Shown here one piece after another: positions 14,825 to 27,362 of a DNA stretch of 64,000 bases; position 1 is the first letter of the stretch; every line of letters starts with the position of its first letter. Source of the DNA: the human T2T-CHM13v2.0 reference genome, Homo sapiens. The stretch is from the NCBI RefSeq assembly GCF_009914755.1, contig NC_060926.1; one strand, given 5' to 3'. The notes beneath the pieces were generated by a model that ran no database searches, had not been told where the DNA came from, and worked only from the letters and a program-made list of their open reading frames with translations. The position numbers and the translations under genes were made by a program.

Positions 14825-16154
14825 CACATATACACCATGGAATACTATGCAGCCATAAAAAATGATGAGTTCATATCCTTTGTAGGGACATGGATGAAAT
14901 TGGAAACCATCATTCTCAGTAAACTATCACAAGAACAAAAAACCAAACACCGCATATTCTCACTCATAGGTGGGAATTGAACAATGAGATCACATGGACA
15001 CAGGAAGGGGAATATCACACTCTGGGGACTGTGGTGGGGTCGGGGGGAGGGGGGAGGGATAGCATTGGGAGATATACCTAATGCTAGATGACACATTAGT
15101 GGGTGCAGTGCACCAGCATGGCACATGTATACATATGTAACTAACCTGCACAATGTGCACATGTACCCTAAAACTTAGAGTATAATAAAAAAAAAAAAAG
15201 AAAGAAAAAAAAAAAAAAAGAAATTATATTTAAGGAATTTGAGAGCTCTTCCATTGACAAATATAACTATTCAATTTCTTGTAATAACATGAAGACATTT
15301 TAAATCCAATTGAAATTTTCATATCAAGTATTTCAAAATAATGAGGAAGCCTTGATTTTTAGAATACATATATTTTAGAACAAAACCCTATAGCTAGCCT
15401 GGACATAAGTAAAACGGCCCATCCATGGATGGACAGAAGTATCTGATATTTGACAAGAAAGAGCTTCTTGATTCCCATCTGGGGGTGCAGTCACAAGGAA
15501 CCTCCATCTAGCCTGCCAGCCCCACCACCATCCCACTGGCATCACCTTAACCTACACCCTTGGCTGGTGCTCTTAAGACACCTAGAACATGAGATCATTC
15601 AGTAGTGCCCAGACTTCTTATGCATACTGAGCAGCAGAATGCCCTGCAACAGGCTGCTGGAGGAGATGAGGAGGGAGGCATGCCCTGGTACCGAAGCTAG
15701 GCCGGATAAGTACCTTTGCCATCCCCAGCACACATGGGGAGTGTGCTACCAGACGCTGCTCCTGGCTACCCTCTAAGAAGCCTTAGATAAAACTGCTCCC
15801 TCCAGAGACAGCTACCTGGGAGTTCCAGTTACCCCAGCCTTCCTAAGGGCTTAGGGGACCATTATCTTAGCATGCCATGGCAAACCCTATAAGAAGCTCT
15901 AGGATAGGGAGAAAACACAATCATTTTAAATAAGTATGGCATGTAAGTTCATTTTTCTAGTAGATATTCAGATGTGCTAACATTCACTGCTTACAGAAGA
16001 ACTTTTCAGTGTCTCACCTTTCTTTTCTGAAATGTGACATGGCTCCAGACTTAAAGGACCCTTAGTTGCATGTTGTGAATATCAAATAAACTTCTGACCT
16101 GAAAAAGAAACACAGAAAGATCACCAAATAAAACTGTCATAACACAGCTGTCAC

Positions 16155-17190
16155 TGACTCATTCATTCAAGTACCCCTTATTAAGCACCCCTTATGTGAC
16201 AGGAAATATTTTAGACACTGAGAATAAACTACTAAACAAAACAGACAAAATGTCTTCCTTCAACGAACTTACTTTTCACAGGGGAGAGGAATACATGTTA
16301 AAAATATTAATGAAGAAGAAATTATATAGTATTATAAAGTATGTGCTACCAAAAAAAAAAAAAAAAAAAAAGAGGGATAGAGAGTGCTGAAGTGGAAGAA
16401 AGTTCAGGAAGTTTGTGATTTTAAATACAACGGTCAGAAAACACCTTGCTGAGAAGGGGACGTTTGAGCAAAGATTTGAAACAGATGAGGAAACTGGCAA
16501 CATGGATGTCTGAAAGGGAATCACTGCAGAAAATGGAACTGCAAGGCCCTGGGGAGAGCATGAGCGTTTTCAGGGAACAGAAAGGAAGCTGGTGAGACTG
16601 AGCAGAGTGGAAAAAGGGGAAGGCTGTGAGCAGAATGTTACATCTTCACTTGGGGTATGAGGGGTAGATTCTGTAGAGCCCGATAGGCCACTGGCTTCTA
16701 CTCTACATGAAATGGGGAGCCACTGGAAGGTGTTAAGCAAAGGAGGAACATGAGTTAAGTTTCAACAAGATTACTCTTGTTAAAAGAGTGATCTTGTGTT
16801 GAGCATAGCCATAAGGAGGTGTGGTAGCATCAGGGAGTGAATTCAAAGGTGGCTGCAATAATACAGGTGAGTGGTAACAGTAGCTTGGACCAGGAAAGCA
16901 GTGTGGATGGCAAGAAGTGATCAGATTTTGGAAGTGTTTCTTATCAAGAATTTCCTGTTGGATTGCATGTAGGACATGAGAGAAAAGAAAAGTCATGGGC
17001 AATTCCAAGGTATTTGACTTGAACAATTGAAAAGGAGTCATCATTTATTGAGATGTGGAACAGCTTTAGGATAAGAGAAAATCTGCAGATCAGTTTGGGA
17101 ATGCTAAATTTTAGATACGTATTATTATCCAAATGGAGTTGTTGAGGAGGCACACAGATATATGTGTCTGGAGTTCAAGGGAGAGAAAGC
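16155..17190 (-). mobile_element. L2 (L2a-like) 3' region
   Basis: CATTCATTCAA...TTATTAAGCACC..ATGTGACAGG is the L2 3' end in antisense, followed by L2-like body. Confidence 0.8.
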
Positions 17191-17359
17191 AAAAAGAGAT
17201 CTCTTGAAACCAAGAGAATCTTGCAAATAAAAGTTCATGTTTAGGAAAATGACCAAAATAGTAAGACAAAATGTCTAAACCCGAAAGGCCCAAGAATGGG
17301 TCCTGAAGAGAGTGATGTGGTATGAGGGGCTTTCCAATAACCCACCCTACAGTCTGAGA

Positions 17360-18310
17360 AGTTTTTCTAAAATGGAGGCCTGATTATGCTATCCCTCTGC
17401 TCAGGACTCTTGTACAGCCCCCAGGCTCTAAGAATGCAGTGCAAACTCCTTAGCATGACTTGAACCCTCATCATCTATCCCCTGCTTAATGATTCATTCA
17501 GCCTCATTTTTTGCCACAACATTCCTCCCAATCCCTTGCCCCCACAAAAGCATTCTCCAAAGAGGCTGGCTGACTTTTTAAAACTCAACACTTACAGCTA
17601 TCTCTGATTTTTCCCTTCCCCACTCTCTTACCCAGACTAACCCCTATTGCTCTTTCAAGTTTCTGATAAGATATTGTCTCATTCCTTATTCTCATTGCCT
17701 TTTAACCCACTAGGTTAGAAGCTCTGTGAAAGGCAATGTATTAGTTTTTTGTAGCTGCTGTAACAAATCACTACAAAATTGGTGGCTTACAACAGTAGAA
17801 ATTTATTCTTTCTCAGTTTTGGAGACCAAAAGTTGGCTGTTTTGGTGGGCTGAAATAGAGCTGTGGGAAGGGCCCCACTCCAGATGGAGGCTCTGGGGGA
17901 GAATCCTTTTTGTGGCCTTTTCCTTCTTCTGGAAGCTGTCCTGCCTCCGAGGCCCACGGCTCTGCACCTCCCCTTGCTTTATCATATTGCCTTCTTCCTC
18001 TTCTCTCACATTCCCTCTGCATCCCTCTTAGAAGGACACTGTGATTTCATTCAGGGCCCACCCAGATAATCCAGAATATTCTCCCCACAACAAGATCCTT
18101 AATTTCATCACATCTGCAAAGTCTCTTTTATTATATAGGGTAACATATTCACCGGTTCTGTGGATTAGGACTTGGATCATTATTTGTGGTCATTATTCAG
18201 CCTACTACAGTCAAGACTGGCTGTTCTATTCATCACAATATCCCCAGCAGCTAGTGCTGCATCTGCCATATAAGAACCCAGTTAATAGTACTGAAGAATA
18301 CGTGAATGAA
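17360..18310 (+). mobile_element. L2 fragment split by an MLT1 LTR
   Basis: TGCAAACTCCTTAGCATG...CCACTAGGTTAGAAGCTCTGTGAAAGGCA [LTR] ...GTGAATGAAT 3' end. Confidence 0.65.
17737..18209 (-). mobile_element. MLT1C/MLT1D-like MaLR LTR
   Basis: TGTATTAGTTTT..GCTGCTGTAACAAAT ... ATTATTCAGCCTACTACA; 5-bp TSD GGCAA/GTCAA. Confidence 0.85.
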
Positions 18311-18380
18311 TTTAGTGAGTTTTTATCACCCGAATGCCTCATTAATCTTCCTCATAGACACAACAAGAGATAAGTCATTA

Positions 18381-18918
18381 CAGTAGTCACTCTTCTCCGT
18401 TTCACTTTCTGTGGTTTCAGCTACCCATGGACAACTTCAGTTTGAAAATATTAAATGGAAATTTTCAGAAATAAACAACTCACAAGTTTTAAACTGGGCA
18501 TTTTCCTGAATAGCATGATAAAATCTTGCACCATTCTACTCCATCCCACCCAGGATATGAATCATCTCTGCCCAGCATATCCATGCTGTATATGCTACCT
18601 GCCTGTTAGTCACTCAGCAGTCATCTGAGTTTCCTTGTGATCACTAGATTACAAGAAAAAGGAGGGTGAGTATGGTGCATGAGATATTTTGAGAGAGACC
18701 ACATTCACATAACTTTTATTACACTGTATTGTTACAATTGTTCTATTTTATTATTAGTTATTGTTGTTAGTCTCATACTGTGCCTAATTTCAAAGTAAAT
18801 TTTATCATACATATGTATATATAGGAAAAAACATAGTATAGGGTTTGGCAGTATCCATGGTTCCAGGCATCCACTGGCGTCTTGGAACATATCACTCACA
18901 AATAAGAGGGGGCTCCTG
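18381..18918. mobile_element. MER44 (Tigger7-derived; MER44B-like length) DNA transposon
   Basis: TA|CAGTAGTC left end, GGCATCCACTGG..TCTTGGAACATATC..ATAAGAGGGGGCTCCTG right end. Confidence 0.82.
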
Positions 18919-19409
18919 AATCTCTTATCAACTTATTTTTGATAAACAAAAAGAAGTTTTCATTTGATCAAACAGCTTTTTCTCCTAGTATCAGATTTGA
19001 CAAAGTTTATTAAGCTAGGGAAAAAAAAATCCTTCGTCAGGTTATTGAGATGAAATACAGAAAACGGCACTGGGGTTCTTATCAAACTTAAATCTTACTG
19101 TAAACTTCTAATTGCCTCCCCAAAATGCAAATAATAAATCCTTTTGGGAAGACTATAGCTTGCCGTGAGAATGGTTAATAAGGGTTGGTGTGGGGGATTC
19201 AGTTACCAGGAATGAATGAGGTCCTGGGAGTCCAGGTCCCAAGGACACATGTGAGGTTTAATTTTCTCATCTTTATCATCCCAAAATGCCCCCTTTCTGA
19301 TTAAGTCCCAGTAATGTTCCCTTGCATAACACAGTTCATTTAAAAGTTTAAATTCATGAGAAAATGATATAAAGAAAATATAAAACACAGCTAAGTAATT
19401 TTAAAGAAA

Positions 19410-21275
19410 ATGTGACTAAGGGCTACTCATGGTACATGACTATGGTACATGTCTACCCAGAATAAAAACATTTCCCATCTTCCCTTCCAGCTAAGTGCAG
19501 CCAGATGACGAGTTGCTGAAAAATGGAGTATAAATGGAAAGCTGTACGTAAAACTTCTAATAAGTGCCCTTAAAGGAAGAAGAATGATCTTTTTCTCCTA
19601 CCTTTTTCCTTACTCCTGGCTAGAGAGTAGGCATGATGATTAGAGTTCAAGCAGCTATCTTGGAACATAAGGCATCAAATTAAGAATAACAGAGCACTAA
19701 GAGAGAAGAAACTGAATCCTGATAATCATGCAACTACCATAAAAATCCTGGATTCCCTACCTCTGGAGTCCTCTGTGTTGAACAGAAATATACTTCTACC
19801 TTATGTAAGCCACTGTTATTTGTATTTATCTGTTATGTGTAGCTGAATCTAATCCAAAGTGATTCAGAATGTGGATACCTGGAAGTGGGCACCTAAAAAA
19901 TATCAAGTATTGGCTTCTAAGGTGTGGTGGGTAGTAGGTCACAACAAATTATTAGAGGGTGGAAATCTAGGAACCCTCTTTTCATGATGGCACAGTTCCC
20001 TCATAACATGGTGGCTTGTTTCTAAGAGAAAGCATCCTAGAAAGACAGGTAGAAGCTGCATCACCTTTTATGATGTTGCCTTGGAAGTCACTTGGTGCCA
20101 TTCTGCCATACTCTTTTGTTGAGGCAGTCAAAAGGTGCAAGTTTCAAGGAGAGGAAACAGAGACTCTACTTCTTGATGGGGAAATAACTGCTTATTTTGT
20201 AAGAAGAACTCGTAGGATGGAAGATATTGTTACATCCATCTTTAGCCAGGGGAAGGTCTATAACTGTCTATACTTCAGAATACAATTCCTGCCCTACTCC
20301 CCCCAACAAAACAGCAAAAATAATAAGTGATGTGAAAGATTCCATGGGGCTTACTAACCATTGTCCTCAGAGATGTCCTTGCATGGAAATAGAAAAGAAA
20401 AAACTTTCCAGGAGCAAATCCAGAGCAACACAGGACAATGGATGAGGGAGTTCCTTCCAAAGAACAGAATCAGAGGTTTTTGGGTGGCTAATCAAGGAAC
20501 TTATCCCTCACATTCCTGCCTGCAGGGAATTTATAATTACTAAGGACCAGTGAATGATGGTTGTTTCCATTCTATCCATTTCTAAATGGGAGTTTTTATT
20601 GCAATTATCGTATTCCTTCTCCCCAATATAGTATGTTAGTTGTGTTTATGGCAATTTGTCTTTTAATTTATGCACTACCAGAACTTAAAAAGTCATACCC
20701 AAGCTTCATGGACAGGTTTGCCTAACTCTCAGAGATCCTGGACTTTGAAGTACAATTAGTAAATTAATGGGATTCAGGGTTGCCTCCCTAAAAAGGAAGA
20801 GGGTGGCCAAAAATCCAAATTTGCCCCAAATGTTCATGTTCTCCTTTTTCCATAAGAATAGAGCCTTGCATTTTTAGCTAGGCACTTGACCCCACAGAAA
20901 ACTAACCATACCCCAGCATTCACTGGAGCTGGGAGTTGGCATGTAATTAAGTTCTGGAACATGGAAACATCATATGTAACTTCCAGGAAGTGTCCTTAAA
21001 TAAAGAAGACATGCCCTTCCTCAATCCCTTCTCCTTGTTGCTAACTGGAAGACCAAAGTGAATTCAAGTGACCATCTTGGGCCATGAAGCAGACACACTA
21101 TGCTGCTAGAGTAACAAAAAAATGAGGATTGCAGCTCCTTGATGACTGCTAAGCTTCCATACTAATCCTGGAATGTTTACTTCAAGATTCCTTTATATAA
21201 GATAAAAACAAACTTCTATTTGTTTAAGCTGTTATTTGGGATTCTTCTGTTTGCACACCAAATCCTAATTGATAT
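19410..21275 (+). mobile_element. Relic MLT1J-like MaLR provirus: LTR (~19410-19866), internal (~19867-20800), LTR (~20800-21275)
   Basis: Two same-orientation LTRs share AAGTG(C/T)CCTTAAA.GAAGA and CTTCTA..TT.T.TAAGC..TGTTATTTG; MLT-int start GAATGTGGATACCTGGAAGTGGG follows the first LTR. Confidence 0.68.
19995..20245 (-). mobile_element. MLT1G/H-like LTR fragment inserted in the MLT1J internal region
   Basis: CCTCATAACATGGTGGCT...CTTGGAAGTCAC...CTCTACTTCTTGATGGG. Confidence 0.6.
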
Positions 21276-21686
21276 AGCATATAGCTGAATGGAGGAAGAT
21301 GCTATAATGTCAAGTAGATTAAAATAAACGTTAGTCATATAACAACATCCTGCTTCACAAAAAAATTGAGTGACAAAAAGTGATTCAGAGATGTCCTCTG
21401 TCACCACATGGCAGCCAAAGATAGCTTTCAAAATTTGAATTAGATCTCATTAACGCTCTAGTTTAAAATTAAAATCTCTATCTTATAATCCTTAAAATTA
21501 AAAATCTCTATCCTATAATTTCCCCTGGGATAAATCTCCTTAACCTAATATGATATTCCCTGTGTAATCTGGTCCCTTCTACCACTCCAATCTGACTTAC
21601 TCCCAGAATCCTATCCCACTTTGAGATCTGCCCACACTGGCTTTTCAGCTCCTATTACTCAGAACCATAGCCGGGGGTATTAAATT

Positions 21687-21746
21687 ATACAACTGGTCCC
21701 CTGAATACATTCTCCAATACAACTGGTCCCCTGAATACATTCTCCA
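21687..21746. repeat. Perfect 30-bp tandem duplication
   Basis: ATACAACTGGTCCCCTGAATACATTCTCCA x2. Confidence 0.97.
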
Positions 21747-22139
21747 AAATAGGTACCTATTTTAAAGTAAAATTTAGCATGACAACTATTAATATTATGG
21801 AGAATTAATGCAAGATCATGATATATGTAAACAGAAACCGAAAAGGTGGCTTTTCACGTTACCTCCCACACTACTGGCCTGGTTCATCCCTGACTCACTC
21901 CAAAAATTTTAAAACCTAGCTCTGCCCTGAATCTTATTCACCATGTTCCCTCTCACATCATACTCTTCCATTATCTCTTCATCCAGATAATTTTTATTAT
22001 TTTTCGTATATCAAATATCCCTACCAAATTTCCCCATTATAGTTGCTCATCATGCCCATACATTGCTATTATTTCTTGATGATATATCAGTTTCCTCATG
22101 GAAACATGTGCACTTGTTTCTGTGAATATTTACAAATAC

Positions 22140-22272
22140 CAGTTTTCTCCCACTAGACTGTGAGTTCCATGAGTCAGAAAATATGTTGGTCTTAGTTCAT
22201 CAATGTATCCCTGGAGTACAATAATGTACCTAACATATTGTAGACTCTTAATAAATACCTGTTGAATGAATC
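22140..22272 (+). mobile_element. L2 3' end
   Basis: CCCACTAGACTGTGAGTTCCATGAG...AATAAATACCTGTTGAATGAAT. Confidence 0.8.
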
Positions 22273-22509
22273 ATTGAGAAACCTACGGCTGAGACCAAAA
22301 GAATTACAAAATTCGTACATCAAAAGTAAAAGAAAGAGCTGGGGGAAAAGCAAGAAGTAATGATGGCATGAACATGGATGGTAAGTTTAGAGAAGGGCGG
22401 GTAATAAATGTGCTACAAAGCACTTATTCTAGGTGATGAGAGAAACAGAAAAGAGTACAAAGCATAGTGCCTACCCGTTGGAGGCACAGAGGCATAATAA
22501 GGCTTATGC

Positions 22510-22534
22510 AAAAAAAAAAAAAAAAAAAAAAAAA
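22510..22534. repeat. Poly(A) run of ~25 nt
   Basis: Directly visible. Confidence 0.95.
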
Positions 22535-22639
22535 GTCAATTAACAATGAAAGGTAGAAAAAAATGTGAGACCAAGGAACAATATGTCATAGTATTTCAAT
22601 GTCAAGAAAAGTTAAAACAGACTGGAAAAAAATGAAGGA

Positions 22640-22830
22640 CAATAATGATTTTTGAGAACTTGCTGTGTACCAAGGACTGTGTTAAGCACTTGACAATAAT
22701 TATTTTATGTAACTCTTATAATAACCCACAAGCAAGGTATTAATACCCTTAAAGATGAGACTGAAAAAGTTTAAACATGCCTAAGTAATAAAGCTTACCT
22801 GTGCAATGTCAAAATTTGAAACTTAGTGTT
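22640..22830 (-). mobile_element. MIR fragment
   Basis: TTTTTGAGAACTTGCTGTGTACCAAGGACTGTGTTAAGCACTT...AGATGAGACTGA. Confidence 0.65.
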
Positions 22831-23568
22831 TCCAAATTTGAAATCGGTATACTAATCATCTATGTAGTAAAGATGAAAGTTTCGGTTTATCGCTAAAGAA
22901 TGCACAGAAGTTACACAGGCAGAGGGAATGTATGAATGATAATCAGGGAGAAAGCAGAGTTGACACAAGCCATAGAGGCAAGTCAAGGTATAATGAATAG
23001 CTTAGTCTAGTCATAGCTAGAGGGTTCCTATATTAGTAGAATCCAAGATGAAGTTGGGGACAGAATTTGGGTTAGACAGGAGAGCCAATTAACAGCAGAC
23101 TAAGGTAAAATTGGCTTTTATCCTATAGGCAATAGGGAAGTTACTATAGGCCCCTGAGTTAGCAAGTGGCAAAATGAAAATGATAGTCTATTTGGATTGG
23201 AGAAGGAAAAGGAAAGAAACAGATTTACACAGGAAAATTCAGCGTACTTGAGATCAAAAACTATTAGGACTGAATATAGTTATAGATTACTTAATGCCAG
23301 ATCTCATTTGCAGATGAAACTGCAGCCCAATTTAGTAACTTCTCCAAAGGTGGTAGAATTGCTAGGACTGCAACTTGGTTTTCTGACTACTCTTTTCAAT
23401 ATGACATAGAAACAGATGAAAAAATTGAAGTCAAATAGAGGGAAACTAGAATCAAGACTAACTCCAAGATTTTAGGCCAGGATAACTGACCCAAAATATA
23501 ATAAAGACATGACTGTCAGATAAAACATGATATTATTGTCAGCTACAAAGTATTTGAGAATTAATCTT

Positions 23569-24124
23569 TGTGGCAGAGACTCTAAGAAGGCCCCCAGTGA
23601 TTTTCACCACTTTTTATTCATACCCTTAAATAATCCCCTTCCCTGGAGTGTAGGCTGGCCTATCAACTTAGTTTTCACCAAAAGAATACAGCAGCATTTT
23701 CATAATTAGATTACAAGAGACTATGACTTCTAACTTACTAGCAGAAGTTCTCTCTTGCTTGCTGTGATGAAATCAAGCTGCCATATTGTGAGATGCACTA
23801 TGGAGAGGTTTTCATGGCAAGTAATTGAAAGAAACCTTTGGCTGACAGTCAAACAATTGCAAAGCCCTCAGCTCAAAACCCTCAAGTACCTAACTCATGA
23901 CAATACCATGTGAGCTCAGAAGCAAATCCTTCCCAGTCAAAACTTCAAATGAGACCCCAGCCCTGGCCAATAACTTGATTGCAGCCTTTTCAAGAGACCC
24001 CAAGGACAAGAACCCAGCTAAATGTTGCCCAAATTTCTGACCCACAAAAATGAGATAATAATTTTGTGTTGTTTTAAACGGCTAAGTTTATAATAATTTG
24101 TTATACAGCAATAGACAATAAGTA
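23569..24124 (+). mobile_element. MLT1E/F-like MaLR LTR
   Basis: TGTGGCAGAGACTCTAAGAAGGCCCCC...AATCCCCTTCCCTGGAGTGT...TTGTTATACAGCAATAGA. Confidence 0.8.
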
Positions 24125-24513
24125 GAAGACTATTTGAAAGAAAAGGCTGTTTGGTTTGAGGTGACAGAAGAATCATATGAAGTTTCTGTAGAGCACCAGG
24201 GATGGAATAAAAGTTTTTGAAGACAATAAATTGGTAAGAAGTAGAAAACAGAGAGTAAGCTTAAGAACTTCAACCAAAACATATGGCAGTGAAAAAATAA
24301 AAATATGCATAATGGAAAGGAAGAGGAAAAGTCTTTAGAAGAAGTTTAGGTAACAAAAATAGGATATTGTTTGGAAATAGGGTTTCTTTAAAGAAACTAA
24401 AATTTGTTCAAACATAAAAATTGCCATTAAGTGGGGAAAAAAGAGAATACATGATTAAAACCATTGTGCTGTGTGCAAAACCGGAAGCTTCAGTAAAAAT
24501 TCAGCAGCCCAGG

Positions 24514-24858
<345 letters not shown>

Positions 24859-25530
24859 TCACTTGCAGAACTATCTAATCAATAAACAGCACAACTCCAT
24901 GGTCAAAGTACCCCTTGAAAATAATAAACTATGAGGGCATTATTTTATTTTAAAATGTTAACATCAGGAATTTGGCATAATATAACTAGGAACTTCCAAG
25001 ATATTTTAAAGGGACTTTTTCATTTTACCTTCAATTTTTGTAATCTTGCTTTTAAAAACTTAAGTTGAATTTTCATTGAAATACTCCTTTCTTCATAAGA
25101 ATAAATTTTAATATTCTGGAGGTTGCATATGAAATTGTATTTTCTCTTAAAGGAGAGAATTTCATTTAACTATTCTACTCTTATTCCACCTGGTAATTTT
25201 GATTTCAGCACAAAGGAAAATGACAAAATATAATTGACATCCTAAGACATAGTATTTTAAAAAAGCCATTTTCAGGCTTGGGTTCCAAGATGGCCAAATA
25301 GGAACAGCTCCAGTCTATAGTTCCCAGCACAAGCAACGCAGAAGACGGATGATTTCTGCATTTCCAACTGAGGTACAGGGTTCATCTCACTGGGGACTGT
25401 TGGACAGTGGGTGCAGCGCACCAAGCGTGAGCTGAAGCAGGGCGAGGCATCGCCTCACCCAGGAAGCACAAGGGGTCAGGGAATTCCCTTTCCTAGCCAA
25501 GGAAAGGGGTGACAGACGGCACCTGGAAAA

Positions 25531-25713
25531 TCAGGTAACTCCCACCCTAATACTGCGCTTTTCCGACAGTCTTAGCAAACAGCACACCAGGAGATTATAT
25601 CCTGTGCCTGGCTCAGAGGGTCCTACGCCCACGGAGCCTCGCTCATTGCTAGCACAGCAGTCTGAGATCAAACTGCAAGGCGGCAGTGAAGCTGGGGGAG
25701 GGGCGGCCACCAT
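25531..25713 (-). CDS. LINE-1 ORF0 homolog (antisense 5' UTR ORF), 60 aa with early stop
   Basis: MVAAPPPASLPPCSLISDCCASNERGSVGVGPSEPG... matches the primate L1 ORF0 peptide; ATG in GCAATGG context; TGA after RVGVT. Confidence 0.75.
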   Translation of the reverse strand: MVAAPPPASLPPCSLISDCCASNERGSVGVGPSEPGTGYNLLVCCLLRLSEKRSIRVGVT

Positions 25714-26288
25714 TGCTGAGGCTTGAGCAGAAAAACAAAGCGGCCAGGAGGCTCAAACTAGCTGGAGCCCACCGCAGCTCAAGGAGGCCTGCCTGCCTCT
25801 GTAGACTCCACCTCTGGGGGCAGGGTATAGCCAAACAAAAGGCAGCAGAAACCTCTGCAGACTTAAATGTCCCTGTCTGACAGCTTGGAAGAGAGTAGTG
25901 GTTCTCCCAGCATGCAGCTTGAGATCTGAGAATGGACAGACTGCCTCATCAAGTGACTCCCTGACCCCCAAGTAGCCTAACTGGTAGGCACCCCCCAGCA
26001 GGGGCAGACTGACACCTCACACGGCCAGGTACCCCTCTGAGACAAAACTTCCAGAGGAACGATCAGGCAGCAGCATTTGCTATTCAACAATATTTGCTGT
26101 TCTGCAGCCTCTGCTGATGATACCCAGGCAAACAGGGTCTGGAGTGGACCTCTGGCAAACTCCAACAGACCTGCAGCTGAGGGTCCTGACTGTTAGAAGG
26201 AAAATTAACAAACAGAAAGGACATCCACACCAAAACCCCATCTGTACGTCACCATCATCAAAGACCAAAGGTAGATAAAACCACAAAG

Positions 26289-27299
26289 ATGGGGAAAAAA
26301 CAGAGCAGAAAAACTGAAAATTCTAAAAATCAAGAACGCCTCTCCTCCTCCAAAGGAACACAGCTCCTCACCAGCAAAGGAACAAAGCTGGACAGAAAAT
26401 GATGAGTTGAGAGAAGAAGGCTTCAGACGATCAAACTTCTCCGAGCTAAAGGAGGAAGTTTGAACCCATGCCAAAGAAGTTAAAAACCTTGAAAAAAGAT
26501 TAGATGAATGGCTAACTGGAATAACCAATGCAGAGAAGTCCTTAAAGGACCTGATGGAGCTGAAAACATGGCATGAGAACTACGTGACGAATGCACAAGT
26601 CTCAGTAGCCAATTTGATTAACTGGAAGAAAGGGTATCAGTGATGGAAGATGAAATGAATGAAATGAAGCGAGAAGAGAAGTATAGAGAAAAAGGAATAA
26701 AAAGAAACAAACAAAGCCTCCAAGAAATATGGGACTATGTGAAAAGACCAAATCTATGTCTGATTGGTGTAGCTGAAAGTGACGGGGAGAATGGAACCAA
26801 GTTGGAAAACACTCTGCAGGATATTATCCAGGAGAACTTCCCCAATCTAGCAAGGCAGGCCAACATTCAAATTCAGGAAATACAGAGAATGCCACAAAGG
26901 TACTCCTTGAGAAGAGCAACCCCAAGACACATAATTGTCAGATTCACCAAAGTTGAAATGAAGGAAAAAATGTTAAGGGCAGCCAGAGAGAAAGGTTGGG
27001 TTACCCACAAAGGGAAGCCCATCAGACTAACAGCGGATCTCTCGGCAGAAACTCTACAAGCCAGAAGAGAGTAGGGGACAATATTCAACATTTTTAATAA
27101 AACAATTTTCAACCCAGAATTTCATATCCAGCCAAACTAAGCTTCATAAGTGAAGAAGAAATAAAAATACTTTACAGACAAGCAAATGCTGAGAGATTTT
27201 GTCACCACCAGGCCTGCCCTAAAAGAGCTCCTGAAGGAAGCGCTAAACATGGAAAGGAACAACCGCTACCAGCCACTGCAAAATCATGCCAAATTGTAA
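26289..27299 (+). pseudogene. L1 ORF1p (disrupted)
   Basis: ATGGGGAAAAAACAGAGCAG start; ORF 26640..27074 EIWDYVKRPNL...RLTADLSAETLQARRE; in-frame stops and frameshifts. Confidence 0.93.
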
Positions 27300-27362
27300 A
27301 GACCATCAAGGCTAGGAAGAAACTGCATCAACTAACGAGCAAAATAACCAGCTAACATCATA

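Noticed and set aside
15024-15058. G-quadruplex-forming tract
   Set aside because: Standard poly-purine tract of the L1HS 3' UTR.
21687-21746. 30-bp direct repeats as a CRISPR array
   Set aside because: Only two adjacent copies, no spacer, eukaryotic context.
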